Positions 9,339 through 19,699 of a DNA stretch of 64,000 bases are shown one piece after another (position 1 is the first letter of the stretch; every line of letters begins with the position of its first letter). The position numbers were made by a program, and so were the translations under genes. The notes below the pieces were generated by a model. It saw only the letters and a program-made list of their open reading frames with translations. It was not told where the DNA came from and did no database searches. The DNA is from a virus (Duplodnaviria > Caudoviricetes): positions 25,968 through 89,967 of IMG/VR virus record IMGVR_UViG_3300044471_000009; one strand, written 5' to 3'.

Positions 9339-12300
9339 ATGGAAGCACTCCGCCTTATAGTCCAAAGCGACCCGACAGGCGAACTGGCGAAATTCCGCCG
9401 TTCTCTTTCAGAAACTGTCAAGCCTGTTCAACTGCTTGAGGGGTCGCTCCATCTTGTCAATGCGGAGTTAGGAACGCTCACTGGAAGGCTGGCGGCATCC
9501 GCTGCCGCGGTGTCTTCCAGTGGCCTTTCTGCTCTCTCTGGAATCGCCAAGGACTCTGCCGACGCGATTTTGAAACAAGCGCAGGCAGAGCGGGAGCTGG
9601 CACAGGCGGCAAGAGAGAGCGAAGCGGCAAGAAAGCTGTCGTTGGCCGCTGATAAAGAGGCTTCCGCTGCGGTCGTTGAGCATCAGCGGGCAGTTCAGGC
9701 TGATCTTGCGTCGAGCCGTGAAGCCGTCAAACTAACAAAAGATAGAGCAGATGCGGCAAGGGCGGAAATATCTCTGCAAAGGGAAGCGGCTGCGCAGCTC
9801 AGGGATAAATACAAGGACGAAATAGCTGCGGCAAACGCAGCAAAGGCTAAATCTTCCGCAGAGAAAGAAGGGTACGCAGCAGCACGTGAACTGGCGGCTG
9901 CTGAGAGAGAATTGGCCACCGCTGAGAAAGAACGGGCTGCGGCGGCTAGTATTTTGAAACTTGCTGAAGGTCAGTTGTTGCAAGATCAGGCAAACGCAAG
10001 ATCAATCAACGACAAAACAAAAATACTTGAAGAAACGGAAGCAATCAAAGCTAAAACCAAGGCAGAGATAGACCTGAAGAATGCTCAAGCAAAAATAGAT
10101 GACACTGCAAAGAAAACCGACATATCAAATGAGATAGCCCAGTTACAGGCAAAAAAAGACTTAGAAGTGCAGGAGCAACTCGCTCTGGTTGCGATCAATC
10201 TTGAGAGGGAGAGGGCGATTCAGCTTGTTGCGCAAGAGAAGGCAGCTACGGCTGGCATTATCAGGGTTACGGACGCTGCCGCTATCAAGGAGGAGGCGGC
10301 AGCGAAAATAGAAAGTGCAAGAGCTGCCGAAGAAGAAGCAAAGAAGGATGAGCTTGCGGCCACGGCTAAAGATCGTCTTGCAATAAGTGCAAACAAGGCA
10401 GCGAAAAGCCAGCTCGATCTTGAGCAGGCTGCAATTAGGCTGAATAAGGCAAAAGAGCAGGAAGCCGCCCGTGCTGCAAAGCAGTTGACAGATGCGGACA
10501 GATTTGTCCAGTCTCTTGACAAGGAAATACTTTCGCTACGCAACCAGATAGCTGTAATTGATCTCGGAGAGGCTGGATTCAAGCGGTATGAGGCTGCTGT
10601 TTCAGGCGCAGGCTCGGCGGCTGAGTCGCAAATAAATGAATGGGAGAAGCTGAAAAACAAGCTGCAAGAACTGAAACAAGCACAGGAAGATCAAGCAAGA
10701 AAATTAGCCGAGGAAAAATCTGCCCGTGATGGACTGCTGTCTGGTATCCGGCAAGAAATTACTGCACTGAACGAGGAAAAGATAGCTGTTGAGCAAGGCG
10801 CAGCAGCTCTGTTGACACACAAGGCCGCTGCTCTTGGGTTGACTAATGAAGTGAAGCCGCTGGCCGCAGAGCTGTTGCAGCTTCAGCAGGCTTTGAAACA
10901 ATCTCAAGCCGACAAGGCTGCCCGTGACTATCAAGCCTTCGCCGCAGCCATGCCAGTAGCGGCAGAAGGTGTAAAAAAGGTTGAGGCTGAGCTTGCTGGT
11001 ATAGCTGGCAAAGCAGATAAAGGCGGCGCAGCTTTGAGTAGAATGGTCATTGCAAAACAGTCAATGGAGCTGCTGCGGCTTGAAGCTGTATCGCTTGAAA
11101 AACAGCTTGAGTTGTTACCAAAAGGCTCCAATGAGGCGCGGGCTGCATTGACGCGACTGGCGCAGATTGAGCTGGCCAGCGGAAAGCTGTCTGGCGAGAT
11201 CAGCAAGATTAGCAATTCACTGTCTGGCGTAAAGGAGCAAAAAAGCGGGATTGACGGCGTTTCGCAAAGTATCTCTCAGCTTGTTTCTGGCGTTGGAATG
11301 CTTGTTTCTGCTGTTGGCGGGCTGTCAATTTTCAAGAAAGGAATAGGAGAAGCGTTTGAATTTAACAAAACGATAGAGTCCTCGCAGATAGGTGTCGCCG
11401 CTCTGATCAGAACTTTCGACAAGTCATTGCCGGAAGGTGCCGATAGGATGGCTAAGTCAATGAAAATGGCAAGCGAGGTTCAGGGCCAGCTTCAGATTGA
11501 AAACATGAAGACCATAGCCACTTACGATCAGCTACTAAGAGCATTTCAAGAGGGTGCTGGCCCCGCTCTTGCCGCAGGATTCTCCACTGATCAAGTTGTA
11601 AAATTCTCCTCTGCGATTGCAAAAACAGCAGGTGTTTTGCGGCAGCCTCTTGACCAGATTGGGCAAGAAATGCGGACAATAATGGAAGGAGTTATTGACA
11701 AAAACGCACGTATCGGGAAAACGCTTAAACTTACAAACGAAACAATAAAAGAATGGCAGGCCCAGGGGCCAGACTTTTTCTTTGCAAAGTTAATGAACGC
11801 GATGAAAGAGTTCGCGTTAGCTGGCGAAGGAATGGCTAACTCTTTTGAAGGTGCTTTTTCAAACTTGAAGGATATTGTCCAGAAAGCACTTGGAGAAGGG
11901 CTTGAAGGTGTTTTCTCTGGAACAACGCAAGGCATTATAAAACTTCAGAAAGCACTGGTTACTATAGATGAGAAAACGGCAGAATTCAAATTCAAAGACG
12001 AAATAACAAATGCGCTCAGGGAAGTTGATGCTGAAATATCAGGCTTCATATCGTCGATAACAGCTCAAGATTTGTCTGGATACATAAAGACTGCCGCAAA
12101 CACAGGCAAGGCCGTCCTTGAATCTCTGGTCGAGATCGGAAAGGCGGGGAAATTCATCGTTGACAACCTTGGCCCGGCATTCCCGGTGCTTGCAAAAGCT
12201 GGATTCTGGATAGCTACCATAGGTGGCCCTGCGCTTACGGCGGCTGGAAGTCTTGGCATATTCAAGCTGGCGCTGAAAGGCTTTGGCAAGGAAGGCGCAA

Positions 12301-15281
12301 AAGAGGCTGCGGAAGAGACTGCAAAACTTGGAATATCTTTTTCTAGCCTATTGACAAAATCATTTACTCTAAAAGAAGCCATCGGAGGAATCAAGGAGTC
12401 TGTCACCTCAGTTGCAGCTTCTATGGTTGCAGGCGCAGGAAGAGCTTCGGAGTTGGCACTTGCTTACGGGTCATCTGCTATCGGGCTTGGAATCTTTGCA
12501 GCTGGAGCTTATGCAGTCATTGACGCATCAGAAAAGATGCTGAAGGCCCAAGATGAAGAACTTGCCGCCCAGAAACGTAATAGCGACATGCACAGTAAAG
12601 AGGTATCCAATTATGAAAAAATAAAGCAAGAAACAGGCATTGTAGTAAGTAATTACAAGGACATGCAATCTGAGTTTAAAAAATATGGAGTAACCATTGA
12701 TAGCGTATCAGGAAAGTATGTAACTGCCGCAAAAGCAACCGAGCTTTCTGCCCAACGAGAAAGGGAAGCTGTAGAGAAAACAGAGCAGGCTCACAAGGAT
12801 AATCAAAAAGTAATAGATGAATACAAGCAAGGCAAGATCAGGCTGTTTGAAATCGGCACTGAAATAAACAAAACAAAGGAGATTGTCAAGGCCTTCGGTC
12901 CGTCAACTGACATTGGAAGGGCAGCTCTTGAGAAATTCACACAGCTTGATTTCGAGAAAGGAAAACTTGGAGATAGCCTTAAAAAAACAGAGGAGAAACT
13001 TGAAAAAGCTGGAATAACATCAGAAGAAATGGCGAGATACGCAGAGCAGGCTGGGCTTTCGGCGGAAGCAGCCTCCACCGGCGTTTCCAGCCTCGGCAAG
13101 AGCGCGTCCGAAGTGTCCGCCGCAGGTGTGAACAATCTAAATACCGGTCTCGATCAAACAAAAATTAAGGCTGGCGAAGCGAATTCAGCTCTCGCCAGCA
13201 TGGCGGGTGCAAAAACACCTTCTGCCCCCACCGGCGGAGCGGTAGTATTTGCCGGGACTGCCGACATTGACATTGAGCCGTACAGGAGAAAGGCGGATGA
13301 GTTGCGATCAATGGCGGCTTCACTTGATGAAGCTATTTCAGGGAAGTCAAATGTAACATCTTCTGAGTTTAGCGCATTGGTTGGTCAGTTATCTGAGGTG
13401 CAGCGGGAGTATAAAAAAGCCCAAGCTGAACTTGAAAAACAGCAGGGTCTTAATAGTCTCAACGGGAAGTTAAGAGAGACGCGCTCTGAGTTATCGCAAA
13501 CCCGCCAAGTTTTATCCGATGGCAAGCTGGTGATAGATTTTGACCCCACTGCCACATCTGCACTGCAAGGGCAGGTGCAGGCATTAAATGATGCCAAGCT
13601 CGCTGCCGGGGCTATGGGCGAAGGTTTTGAGTACGCCAACGGCGTTTTGGTAAACGCCAGCCCCGCCGCTCAGGCTGCAAAGTCAGCATACGACAGCCTG
13701 CGTGACAGCAGCGGCAACATCAAAACTGAATGGAAAGAGATTGGTGGGGTCTGGAAAGAAGTGCTTCCAAACGGAAAAGTCCTGCTCGATGAAGTTGATG
13801 CCAAAGCGAAAGCCAGCCTTAGCTCTGCTGGGCAGCTTGGCCCGGCGATTTCCGAAGGCATGAACGGGGCTGCCGGAGCTATCAAGGGGGCCACGGAAGA
13901 GGCGGACAAGCTGGCATCCGCTGCCGGTTCAGCTAAGTTTGACGAGCTTATATCTTCGATGGCTGGGCTTGATCAGGTGCGTGAAAAGATAAAGCTTACC
14001 GAAACGCAAGCCAAGCTGCTTGGCATCGAAACGGCGGCTGGCAAGCAGAAAATGATGGAGATGTTCAGCCTGCAAGGCGCAGAGACAGTATTGCAGGACA
14101 AGGTCAAGGAGCTGCATGATGGAATCTATAATGCAGGAAAAGAAGCCGAAGATGCCGCAAAAAAGATCAAGAGCCTTGGCGAGGAAGTAAAGCAAGCTGC
14201 CGGTAATTTTAATCAGCTTGAATCGCTTAAAGGATTTGGCAATATTGTTTCAGGGCTGAAGGAGGGGGCAGCTTCGGTGGCAAACAGTGCCGCTGAAGCA
14301 AGCATCACAAAGCTGACGCAGACGATGGCTGTATCCAAAGCCCTCAAGGACGAAATTAGCAGCCTTGAGAAATACATCGAAGCGGTAGGCCCGGCCTCAG
14401 CAGAAGGACAGGCAGCCCTTGCTAAACTGATAACAGCGCAAGGGCTTGAGAGCGAAGCGCAGAGGAAAGTTTCCGAGCTTAAAGCAGAGGTAGAGTCTCT
14501 TGCAACTGTCATCAGTTCAACAGCAGACTTGAAGCTGCTGTCAGCCGCAGAAGGAACGAAAGACATCATGAGCCAGATTAACAGCGAGGTTTCCGCGATA
14601 GCTGGCAGCATCTCTGATTCTTCGGTTGAAAAACTTGCATCAGCTATGTCCGTGGCGGATGCGCTTAAAAAACAAGTCGATTCGCTGAAAAAATACATAG
14701 ATGATGTAGGGGCATCATCGGAAGAAGGAAGGAAGGCTCTGAAGCAGCTCCTTGAGGCTGAAGGAGCGAGCGATATTGCGCAAAAGAAACTTGAGGCGTT
14801 GCGTAATGAGGCGAAAGGGTTTACCGAGGAAGTTAATAAGATAAAAGAGTTTGGAAAAATAGAAACTGGAACATTTACTTCCACCTCAAAATCTCCGCAG
14901 TCTATGTCGGACGCTGAACTCGACAAGACGATAGAGTCAAATTTAGCAATAAAACGAGTACTTGAGTCTCAAGATAACGTTTCCGCTAAATTAGTTGGCC
15001 CGCAGGGGGACGCTTACGCAGATGAAAAGTTCAAAAGATTAATGGATAAACTGATTGCACGCACAGAAGAATCGACAAGGCTCATGCGGCGAGGCACCAC
15101 AGCAACTGCATCTGCTGGCGGAACTGAATCCGGCAGAGCGTCGACAACTGCATCTACGACAGCAGGGCAACAGGTCTCTGTGCAGCCTGCGCAGGTGACA
15201 AATATTACATATAACAACTACGCCGTGCCTGTGGACGCACGGACAGAAAAGCAAAGCAATAGGCGGAGGGCGCAGGCGTGA
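9339..15281 (+). CDS. Tail tape measure protein
   Basis: 1980 aa, Ala/Glu/Lys-rich helical with a central hydrophobic stretch; canonical position. Confidence 0.9.
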   Translation: MEALRLIVQSDPTGELAKFRRSLSETVKPVQLLEGSLHLVNAELGTLTGRLAASAAAVSSSGLSALSGIAKDSADAILKQAQAERELAQAARESEAARKLSLAADKEASAAVVEHQRAVQADLASSREAVKLTKDRADAARAEISLQREAAAQLRDKYKDEIAAANAAKAKSSAEKEGYAAARELAAAERELATAEKERAAAASILKLAEGQLLQDQANARSINDKTKILEETEAIKAKTKAEIDLKNAQAKIDDTAKKTDISNEIAQLQAKKDLEVQEQLALVAINLERERAIQLVAQEKAATAGIIRVTDAAAIKEEAAAKIESARAAEEEAKKDELAATAKDRLAISANKAAKSQLDLEQAAIRLNKAKEQEAARAAKQLTDADRFVQSLDKEILSLRNQIAVIDLGEAGFKRYEAAVSGAGSAAESQINEWEKLKNKLQELKQAQEDQARKLAEEKSARDGLLSGIRQEITALNEEKIAVEQGAAALLTHKAAALGLTNEVKPLAAELLQLQQALKQSQADKAARDYQAFAAAMPVAAEGVKKVEAELAGIAGKADKGGAALSRMVIAKQSMELLRLEAVSLEKQLELLPKGSNEARAALTRLAQIELASGKLSGEISKISNSLSGVKEQKSGIDGVSQSISQLVSGVGMLVSAVGGLSIFKKGIGEAFEFNKTIESSQIGVAALIRTFDKSLPEGADRMAKSMKMASEVQGQLQIENMKTIATYDQLLRAFQEGAGPALAAGFSTDQVVKFSSAIAKTAGVLRQPLDQIGQEMRTIMEGVIDKNARIGKTLKLTNETIKEWQAQGPDFFFAKLMNAMKEFALAGEGMANSFEGAFSNLKDIVQKALGEGLEGVFSGTTQGIIKLQKALVTIDEKTAEFKFKDEITNALREVDAEISGFISSITAQDLSGYIKTAANTGKAVLESLVEIGKAGKFIVDNLGPAFPVLAKAGFWIATIGGPALTAAGSLGIFKLALKGFGKEGAKEAAEETAKLGISFSSLLTKSFTLKEAIGGIKESVTSVAASMVAGAGRASELALAYGSSAIGLGIFAAGAYAVIDASEKMLKAQDEELAAQKRNSDMHSKEVSNYEKIKQETGIVVSNYKDMQSEFKKYGVTIDSVSGKYVTAAKATELSAQREREAVEKTEQAHKDNQKVIDEYKQGKIRLFEIGTEINKTKEIVKAFGPSTDIGRAALEKFTQLDFEKGKLGDSLKKTEEKLEKAGITSEEMARYAEQAGLSAEAASTGVSSLGKSASEVSAAGVNNLNTGLDQTKIKAGEANSALASMAGAKTPSAPTGGAVVFAGTADIDIEPYRRKADELRSMAASLDEAISGKSNVTSSEFSALVGQLSEVQREYKKAQAELEKQQGLNSLNGKLRETRSELSQTRQVLSDGKLVIDFDPTATSALQGQVQALNDAKLAAGAMGEGFEYANGVLVNASPAAQAAKSAYDSLRDSSGNIKTEWKEIGGVWKEVLPNGKVLLDEVDAKAKASLSSAGQLGPAISEGMNGAAGAIKGATEEADKLASAAGSAKFDELISSMAGLDQVREKIKLTETQAKLLGIETAAGKQKMMEMFSLQGAETVLQDKVKELHDGIYNAGKEAEDAAKKIKSLGEEVKQAAGNFNQLESLKGFGNIVSGLKEGAASVANSAAEASITKLTQTMAVSKALKDEISSLEKYIEAVGPASAEGQAALAKLITAQGLESEAQRKVSELKAEVESLATVISSTADLKLLSAAEGTKDIMSQINSEVSAIAGSISDSSVEKLASAMSVADALKKQVDSLKKYIDDVGASSEEGRKALKQLLEAEGASDIAQKKLEALRNEAKGFTEEVNKIKEFGKIETGTFTSTSKSPQSMSDAELDKTIESNLAIKRVLESQDNVSAKLVGPQGDAYADEKFKRLMDKLIARTEESTRLMRRGTTATASAGGTESGRASTTASTTAGQQVSVQPAQVTNITYNNYAVPVDARTEKQSNRRRAQA

Positions 15282-15685
15282 GCATTCTTGAGAAAGACGG
15301 GTACGTAGTTGATCTTGGAACTGAAGATTTTGATTCCGGCAGCCCTGATATTGCTATGGTTCAAACTATCCAATACACATCAGGAGCGAACCGTACAGCA
15401 AGCGACACGCATACCGTGACATGGCCTAAATCCTACACAAGATATGAGGTGAAATTCAGCGAGATAACGGCAGCTCAGTTCGCAGCATTTAAGTACCTAT
15501 TTGAAACGCTTACAATTGGATATAAAAACACATGCAATTACACCGACGATGAAGGTGTCACGCTGGCAATAAGAATAGACGGAACGCCGGATGTGAAGCA
15601 TCTTGGCAAGAGGATTGTTGCTGGCGGAGTTGGCCTTGTAAACACATATTCGCTTTCCTTTTGGAGAGAGACCTATAATCCATGA
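15278..15685 (+). CDS. Distal tail protein (Dit/gpM-like)
   Basis: 135 aa overlapping the tape measure stop codon; synteny. Confidence 0.6.
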   Translation: MSILEKDGYVVDLGTEDFDSGSPDIAMVQTIQYTSGANRTASDTHTVTWPKSYTRYEVKFSEITAAQFAAFKYLFETLTIGYKNTCNYTDDEGVTLAIRIDGTPDVKHLGKRIVAGGVGLVNTYSLSFWRETYNP

Positions 15686-18618
15686 GAAACCTGCCTTCAG
15701 ATTTCATAGCTGCGGTCAACGCCGACGACGCTCCTGTTTCGATGCTCGTTTTAAAACTGGAAAGCGGGGATGTCAAGTTTTCAGACGGTCTTTATGGCGA
15801 AGGGCTGCCATACATCGAAAACATCAGCGAAGAGCAGGACGGCGGCAGCTTTGAAAACTACTTGAGCAGGGGAAACCTTGAAACATGCAAGCTATCTGTA
15901 ACGCTGATTTATTCCGACCTGTCTCGATCAACCATCCATAGCGTAATATCTGAGCTGCAATCAATGTCAGCAGATAATTTACGATGTAGGGCCGAATTGT
16001 GGAAGAAATTTGTTGACATAGATGGGAACGACACATGCGCTCCCCTGCTTTGGAATGTGTATGCTGTACAGGACAATTCTGAAAATTTTGCTTGCCGCGA
16101 AGATCAAATGCTTTTTCCGCTTGAGCTGATCACGCTTCCAGGCAGCGAAAATCAGAAACTTTCGATCACGAACGACCCGGAAAAATCTTACGATTATGTA
16201 ATAGGCAAAGCTGAAGGGCTGTCGTTGCAGTTGATGGAAGAAGAATCAAGCAAGTGGACAGAGCTGATCGGCGACGAAGACGGCAACGAGGTTACGGCGG
16301 AATACACGGGCTTGATCAGAGTTAAGGATGCGTCAAAACTGCGTTTAGGCTACCATTTGATCAATGGGGAGTACGTTTATCTGTCGAGGGCCAGTGCGGG
16401 CTATATGCGCCTTTCACAACGCGGAAGCAGTCTTACTGAGCCGCAAAAACACAGCAGTGGCAGCAGAATATTCCCGTCTGGCGCGGTATTTAAATACGCG
16501 GTTTGCTTGCCAGTGGGAAGTTTCGACAAGCTGCGCACAAGCAACGAGATAGACGTTTATGATGATGACGGGGACGGCAACACTACTGAGTACCGCGATC
16601 TCTACAGCGGAGGAAACGAAGATTTAAGGCCAGGCTTAAATCCAGCTCAAATATGGTTTGATGACAGGATGCCGTTCCTGTGGAAAGATCAGGAAAACCA
16701 GATTGACGATAAGGTTTTTTATGGAACATTTTCTGGGTTCAGCGACGCAACTATGGTTGAATATTCTATTGATGTTAATGTAGAAAATGGAAAACCAAGG
16801 ATAAAAATACCATTCCAGGCTTTCAGTCTTCCTTCAACAGATATATGGTACAGGGACACAACAATCCCCGTACCGGCCATGCCCAGTGAAAGCTCTTATG
16901 GTGCAAGTCAGAATATAATTGACAACACTGGATATTTCAGTGTTTCACAACAGACTGGCGAGTACGACGGAACCGATTACGAAGGGTGCAGCTTGACATC
17001 GACTGCGTACCGCGAGTTTAGGATTAACGGTACTTGCCCTGCTGGAGAAATCGGGTGGACAATTGCCGCCCCAGATTTGCCTGAAGATGAAGGTTTTTTT
17101 GCATACGCTCCTCCTCACTATTGGGCGATAGTGCTGCAATCCGTTGTAACATCAAATATGGATTTCAGTATAAGGATAAGCCAAGTAGATCAATATGGAA
17201 ACGAGGGGACGATTCTGTCTTCGACATTCCTTGGAAAGGTTTTAGGAGGAGAGTTCGTACATACTTGCAACTACACAAACAGCAACGTACTTTCCGGTTT
17301 TAACATAAATTCATACAACAGAAGGATAAAAATAGCCCTAACATGCCTCGACAAGGGCGCAGACAGTAATTCTTACGCATTTGTCAGGATTGGTGGGAGA
17401 AGCGCATATTCAGACAAGATACACTATGGAATGGCTATGTTTTGGAGATATTATGACAATGCTCCATCAGCGTGGCTGTCAAGCATATTCGGAAAAAACC
17501 TTAGCAGTCGAGGTGTTTTTATCTCGGCCAAGGCTAAAATAAAAGGTAAAATAAAAAATACCAATGACTTCTCGACAGGAACGCTGAAAATTTTAGATGG
17601 AGCTACGGAAAAATATTCAACGTCTGTAACGGACGGGTCTGAAATAGATACGACCATAGAGCTTTCCGCTGCAACATGGGGAGACCTGTCAAGCACAACT
17701 GTAAAAGTTGTCATGCAGCTTGACTACCTTGGAAAAGTAGAGGGCGATGCGTGGAAGGGCGTTCCGAGAATAGCTGGCGAGGCTGGATTCGACTTCGACG
17801 GCGGAATCCAATGGCTCTTGACATACACAAGCACCACGCTTGACGGCTTGCAAGTAAACTACGCAGATACGCTTTATGTTGACGCTGTTTCAACGCGCGG
17901 GGCAGACTGGACACCTGCGCGGGCTGTGCAATATCTTGCCGCTGATCACACTTCATGGGCCGGATTGATTGACACAGACAGCTTTGGCGCAAGGCACGAT
18001 GAATTCGCTGCCGCTGGGCATTTCCTCAACGGCACTATCTCTGGCAGTTCAGGCTCTCAGGATGCGATAAGGACTGTTCTCAAAGAAGGATTGGCTGGTT
18101 TGAATTACCCGCTCGGCAAAATAACGATGTACTCATACTTGACCGATCTTGCGACTACCGTGCCAGCTAAATCGCTGATGAGTGTCGTGCGGCCTGACCG
18201 TGAGTCGTTCCCGAATCGCGGATTCATGCCGTCAGCAAACGAAATGCGATCTAACCGTATGTTTTTTCGATGGAACAAGAACTTGTCAACCGGAAAATAT
18301 GACGGAAATGTAATAAAATCAGACGGGACGGTGTTTCTAAATGACCAAGTTGTAACCTTTGAACTTGTAAAATCTGACACAATTGGAAATTCCGTTGCAA
18401 ATTTCTTGTGGAATTTGTGGAAATATGGTTATATTATACAAGATTGTGAGTATCCGGCGGTGGCTTTGGCGATTGAGAAGCATGACATGATCACGAGTTT
18501 TTCAATGTCTGATGATGACGAAACAAAGAACTTCATCGCAGTTTCGTGTTCTCAAACGCATGAGTCGGCAAAGGCGAGGCGCGGGCTTTCCGCTAAAATA
18601 ATAATGATCAAGAGGTGA
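15682..18618 (+). CDS. Tail tip hub/central fibre protein
   Basis: 978 aa after Dit, with an aromatic-rich central insertion. Confidence 0.65.
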   Translation: MRNLPSDFIAAVNADDAPVSMLVLKLESGDVKFSDGLYGEGLPYIENISEEQDGGSFENYLSRGNLETCKLSVTLIYSDLSRSTIHSVISELQSMSADNLRCRAELWKKFVDIDGNDTCAPLLWNVYAVQDNSENFACREDQMLFPLELITLPGSENQKLSITNDPEKSYDYVIGKAEGLSLQLMEEESSKWTELIGDEDGNEVTAEYTGLIRVKDASKLRLGYHLINGEYVYLSRASAGYMRLSQRGSSLTEPQKHSSGSRIFPSGAVFKYAVCLPVGSFDKLRTSNEIDVYDDDGDGNTTEYRDLYSGGNEDLRPGLNPAQIWFDDRMPFLWKDQENQIDDKVFYGTFSGFSDATMVEYSIDVNVENGKPRIKIPFQAFSLPSTDIWYRDTTIPVPAMPSESSYGASQNIIDNTGYFSVSQQTGEYDGTDYEGCSLTSTAYREFRINGTCPAGEIGWTIAAPDLPEDEGFFAYAPPHYWAIVLQSVVTSNMDFSIRISQVDQYGNEGTILSSTFLGKVLGGEFVHTCNYTNSNVLSGFNINSYNRRIKIALTCLDKGADSNSYAFVRIGGRSAYSDKIHYGMAMFWRYYDNAPSAWLSSIFGKNLSSRGVFISAKAKIKGKIKNTNDFSTGTLKILDGATEKYSTSVTDGSEIDTTIELSAATWGDLSSTTVKVVMQLDYLGKVEGDAWKGVPRIAGEAGFDFDGGIQWLLTYTSTTLDGLQVNYADTLYVDAVSTRGADWTPARAVQYLAADHTSWAGLIDTDSFGARHDEFAAAGHFLNGTISGSSGSQDAIRTVLKEGLAGLNYPLGKITMYSYLTDLATTVPAKSLMSVVRPDRESFPNRGFMPSANEMRSNRMFFRWNKNLSTGKYDGNVIKSDGTVFLNDQVVTFELVKSDTIGNSVANFLWNLWKYGYIIQDCEYPAVALAIEKHDMITSFSMSDDDETKNFIAVSCSQTHESAKARRGLSAKIIMIKR

Positions 18619-18621
18619 TAG

Positions 18622-18846
18622 ATGAGTACAGAGACGCAAAAAGGTTCTATCAAAATGGCGGCAGGCCACGAAGGTGTTGGTCGTGGGGGAAGCCAGATTG
18701 AGATCGCTCCGGGTGTTTTCGGGGACATCGAAGAGCTGAAAAGATCGGTAGAAGCGGCAGAGGCAACGGGGGCGAGAGCTATCTTTTTCCCTGAAGCTGA
18801 AGCCAAGGTATCATTCACAATGCCTAACGGCGAGAGGGTAGAATAA
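18622..18846 (+). CDS. Hypothetical protein
   Basis: 74 aa, tightly packed in the operon. Confidence 0.55.
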   Translation: MSTETQKGSIKMAAGHEGVGRGGSQIEIAPGVFGDIEELKRSVEAAEATGARAIFFPEAEAKVSFTMPNGERVE

Positions 18847-18847
18847 C

Positions 18848-19264
18848 ATGCCAGTTTCAACAGGAGTTGTCCTTGATTTTGAGCTTGCAAAAGCAATGAT
18901 TAGGGGCGAATTTAACGGGTTCAACAAAATGGAATTCGGAACCTCTGACGCTGCGGTTGCGTTTACATCTCCGCAAGTAATTCAGGGTGCCGCTCCAGCG
19001 GGGTATCCGACCATCAACATTAACCCGGCACCGCTTGACATTGCTTCAGATATTGACGGTTGGCCCGGAGTTGAGTATTCTGGAATTGACACGACAACAA
19101 TTACGGCAGACCCGATTGACATGAAAGAGACGGTGTTCTCTAATACTGGAGCTGCAACAAGGCACAATGCAAGAGCCTTGTTTGCTTTGTACAATATTCC
19201 CGCCGGGGCAAGCGGGCTTGCAGGTGCTATTCGGCTCTATGGGCGCGGGATCGCTCTCCCGTAG
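18848..19264 (+). CDS. Hypothetical (possible tail tip) protein
   Basis: 138 aa, operon packing. Confidence 0.55.
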   Translation: MPVSTGVVLDFELAKAMIRGEFNGFNKMEFGTSDAAVAFTSPQVIQGAAPAGYPTININPAPLDIASDIDGWPGVEYSGIDTTTITADPIDMKETVFSNTGAATRHNARALFALYNIPAGASGLAGAIRLYGRGIALP

Positions 19265-19294
19265 TCAAGAAAATAAAACATCCAGCTCTGAAAC

Positions 19295-19699
19295 ATGAGT
19301 TGGAAAGGAGGATTTGAAATGCTTAATGAAGCGGTTAAAAAGCTAAAAGCGTGGATTGTACGTGAAAATGTCGATTCTTTTACTCTCTTGCTGTCGAAAT
19401 ATTCTAGAGAGATTGATGATTTAGCAATCTCTCTAGAATCAAGAATCAAGCAGCTCGAAGCTGCTGAGAAGTCGCGTAAAGACGCGCTCGAATCAATGGT
19501 TTCCATCGAAGGGGTTGAGGTAGATACATTGGTATGCGATGACTGCGTTTCGATGCGGCTTGAGATGAATGCGCTGCGGAGTGCTGCTGACGAAATGAAA
19601 GCACGGCTTGATGCTCTTGAGACTGCCGGGAAGGGCGGCGTAGATTACAAACCAAAGCGCGGGAGGAGAAAAAGCGATGCGAAAGAACTGGTTGCCTGA
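19295..19699 (+). CDS. Coiled-coil hypothetical protein
   Basis: 134 aa with heptad pattern; the start may be at 19319 after GGAGG. Confidence 0.55.
   Translation: MSWKGGFEMLNEAVKKLKAWIVRENVDSFTLLLSKYSREIDDLAISLESRIKQLEAAEKSRKDALESMVSIEGVEVDTLVCDDCVSMRLEMNALRSAADEMKARLDALETAGKGGVDYKPKRGRRKSDAKELVA

Noticed and set aside
8005-9348. 447-aa minus-strand ORF
   Set aside because: Antisense shadow of the tail tube gene, with no RBS context or motif; the same applies to the many antisense ORFs over the tape measure and other genes
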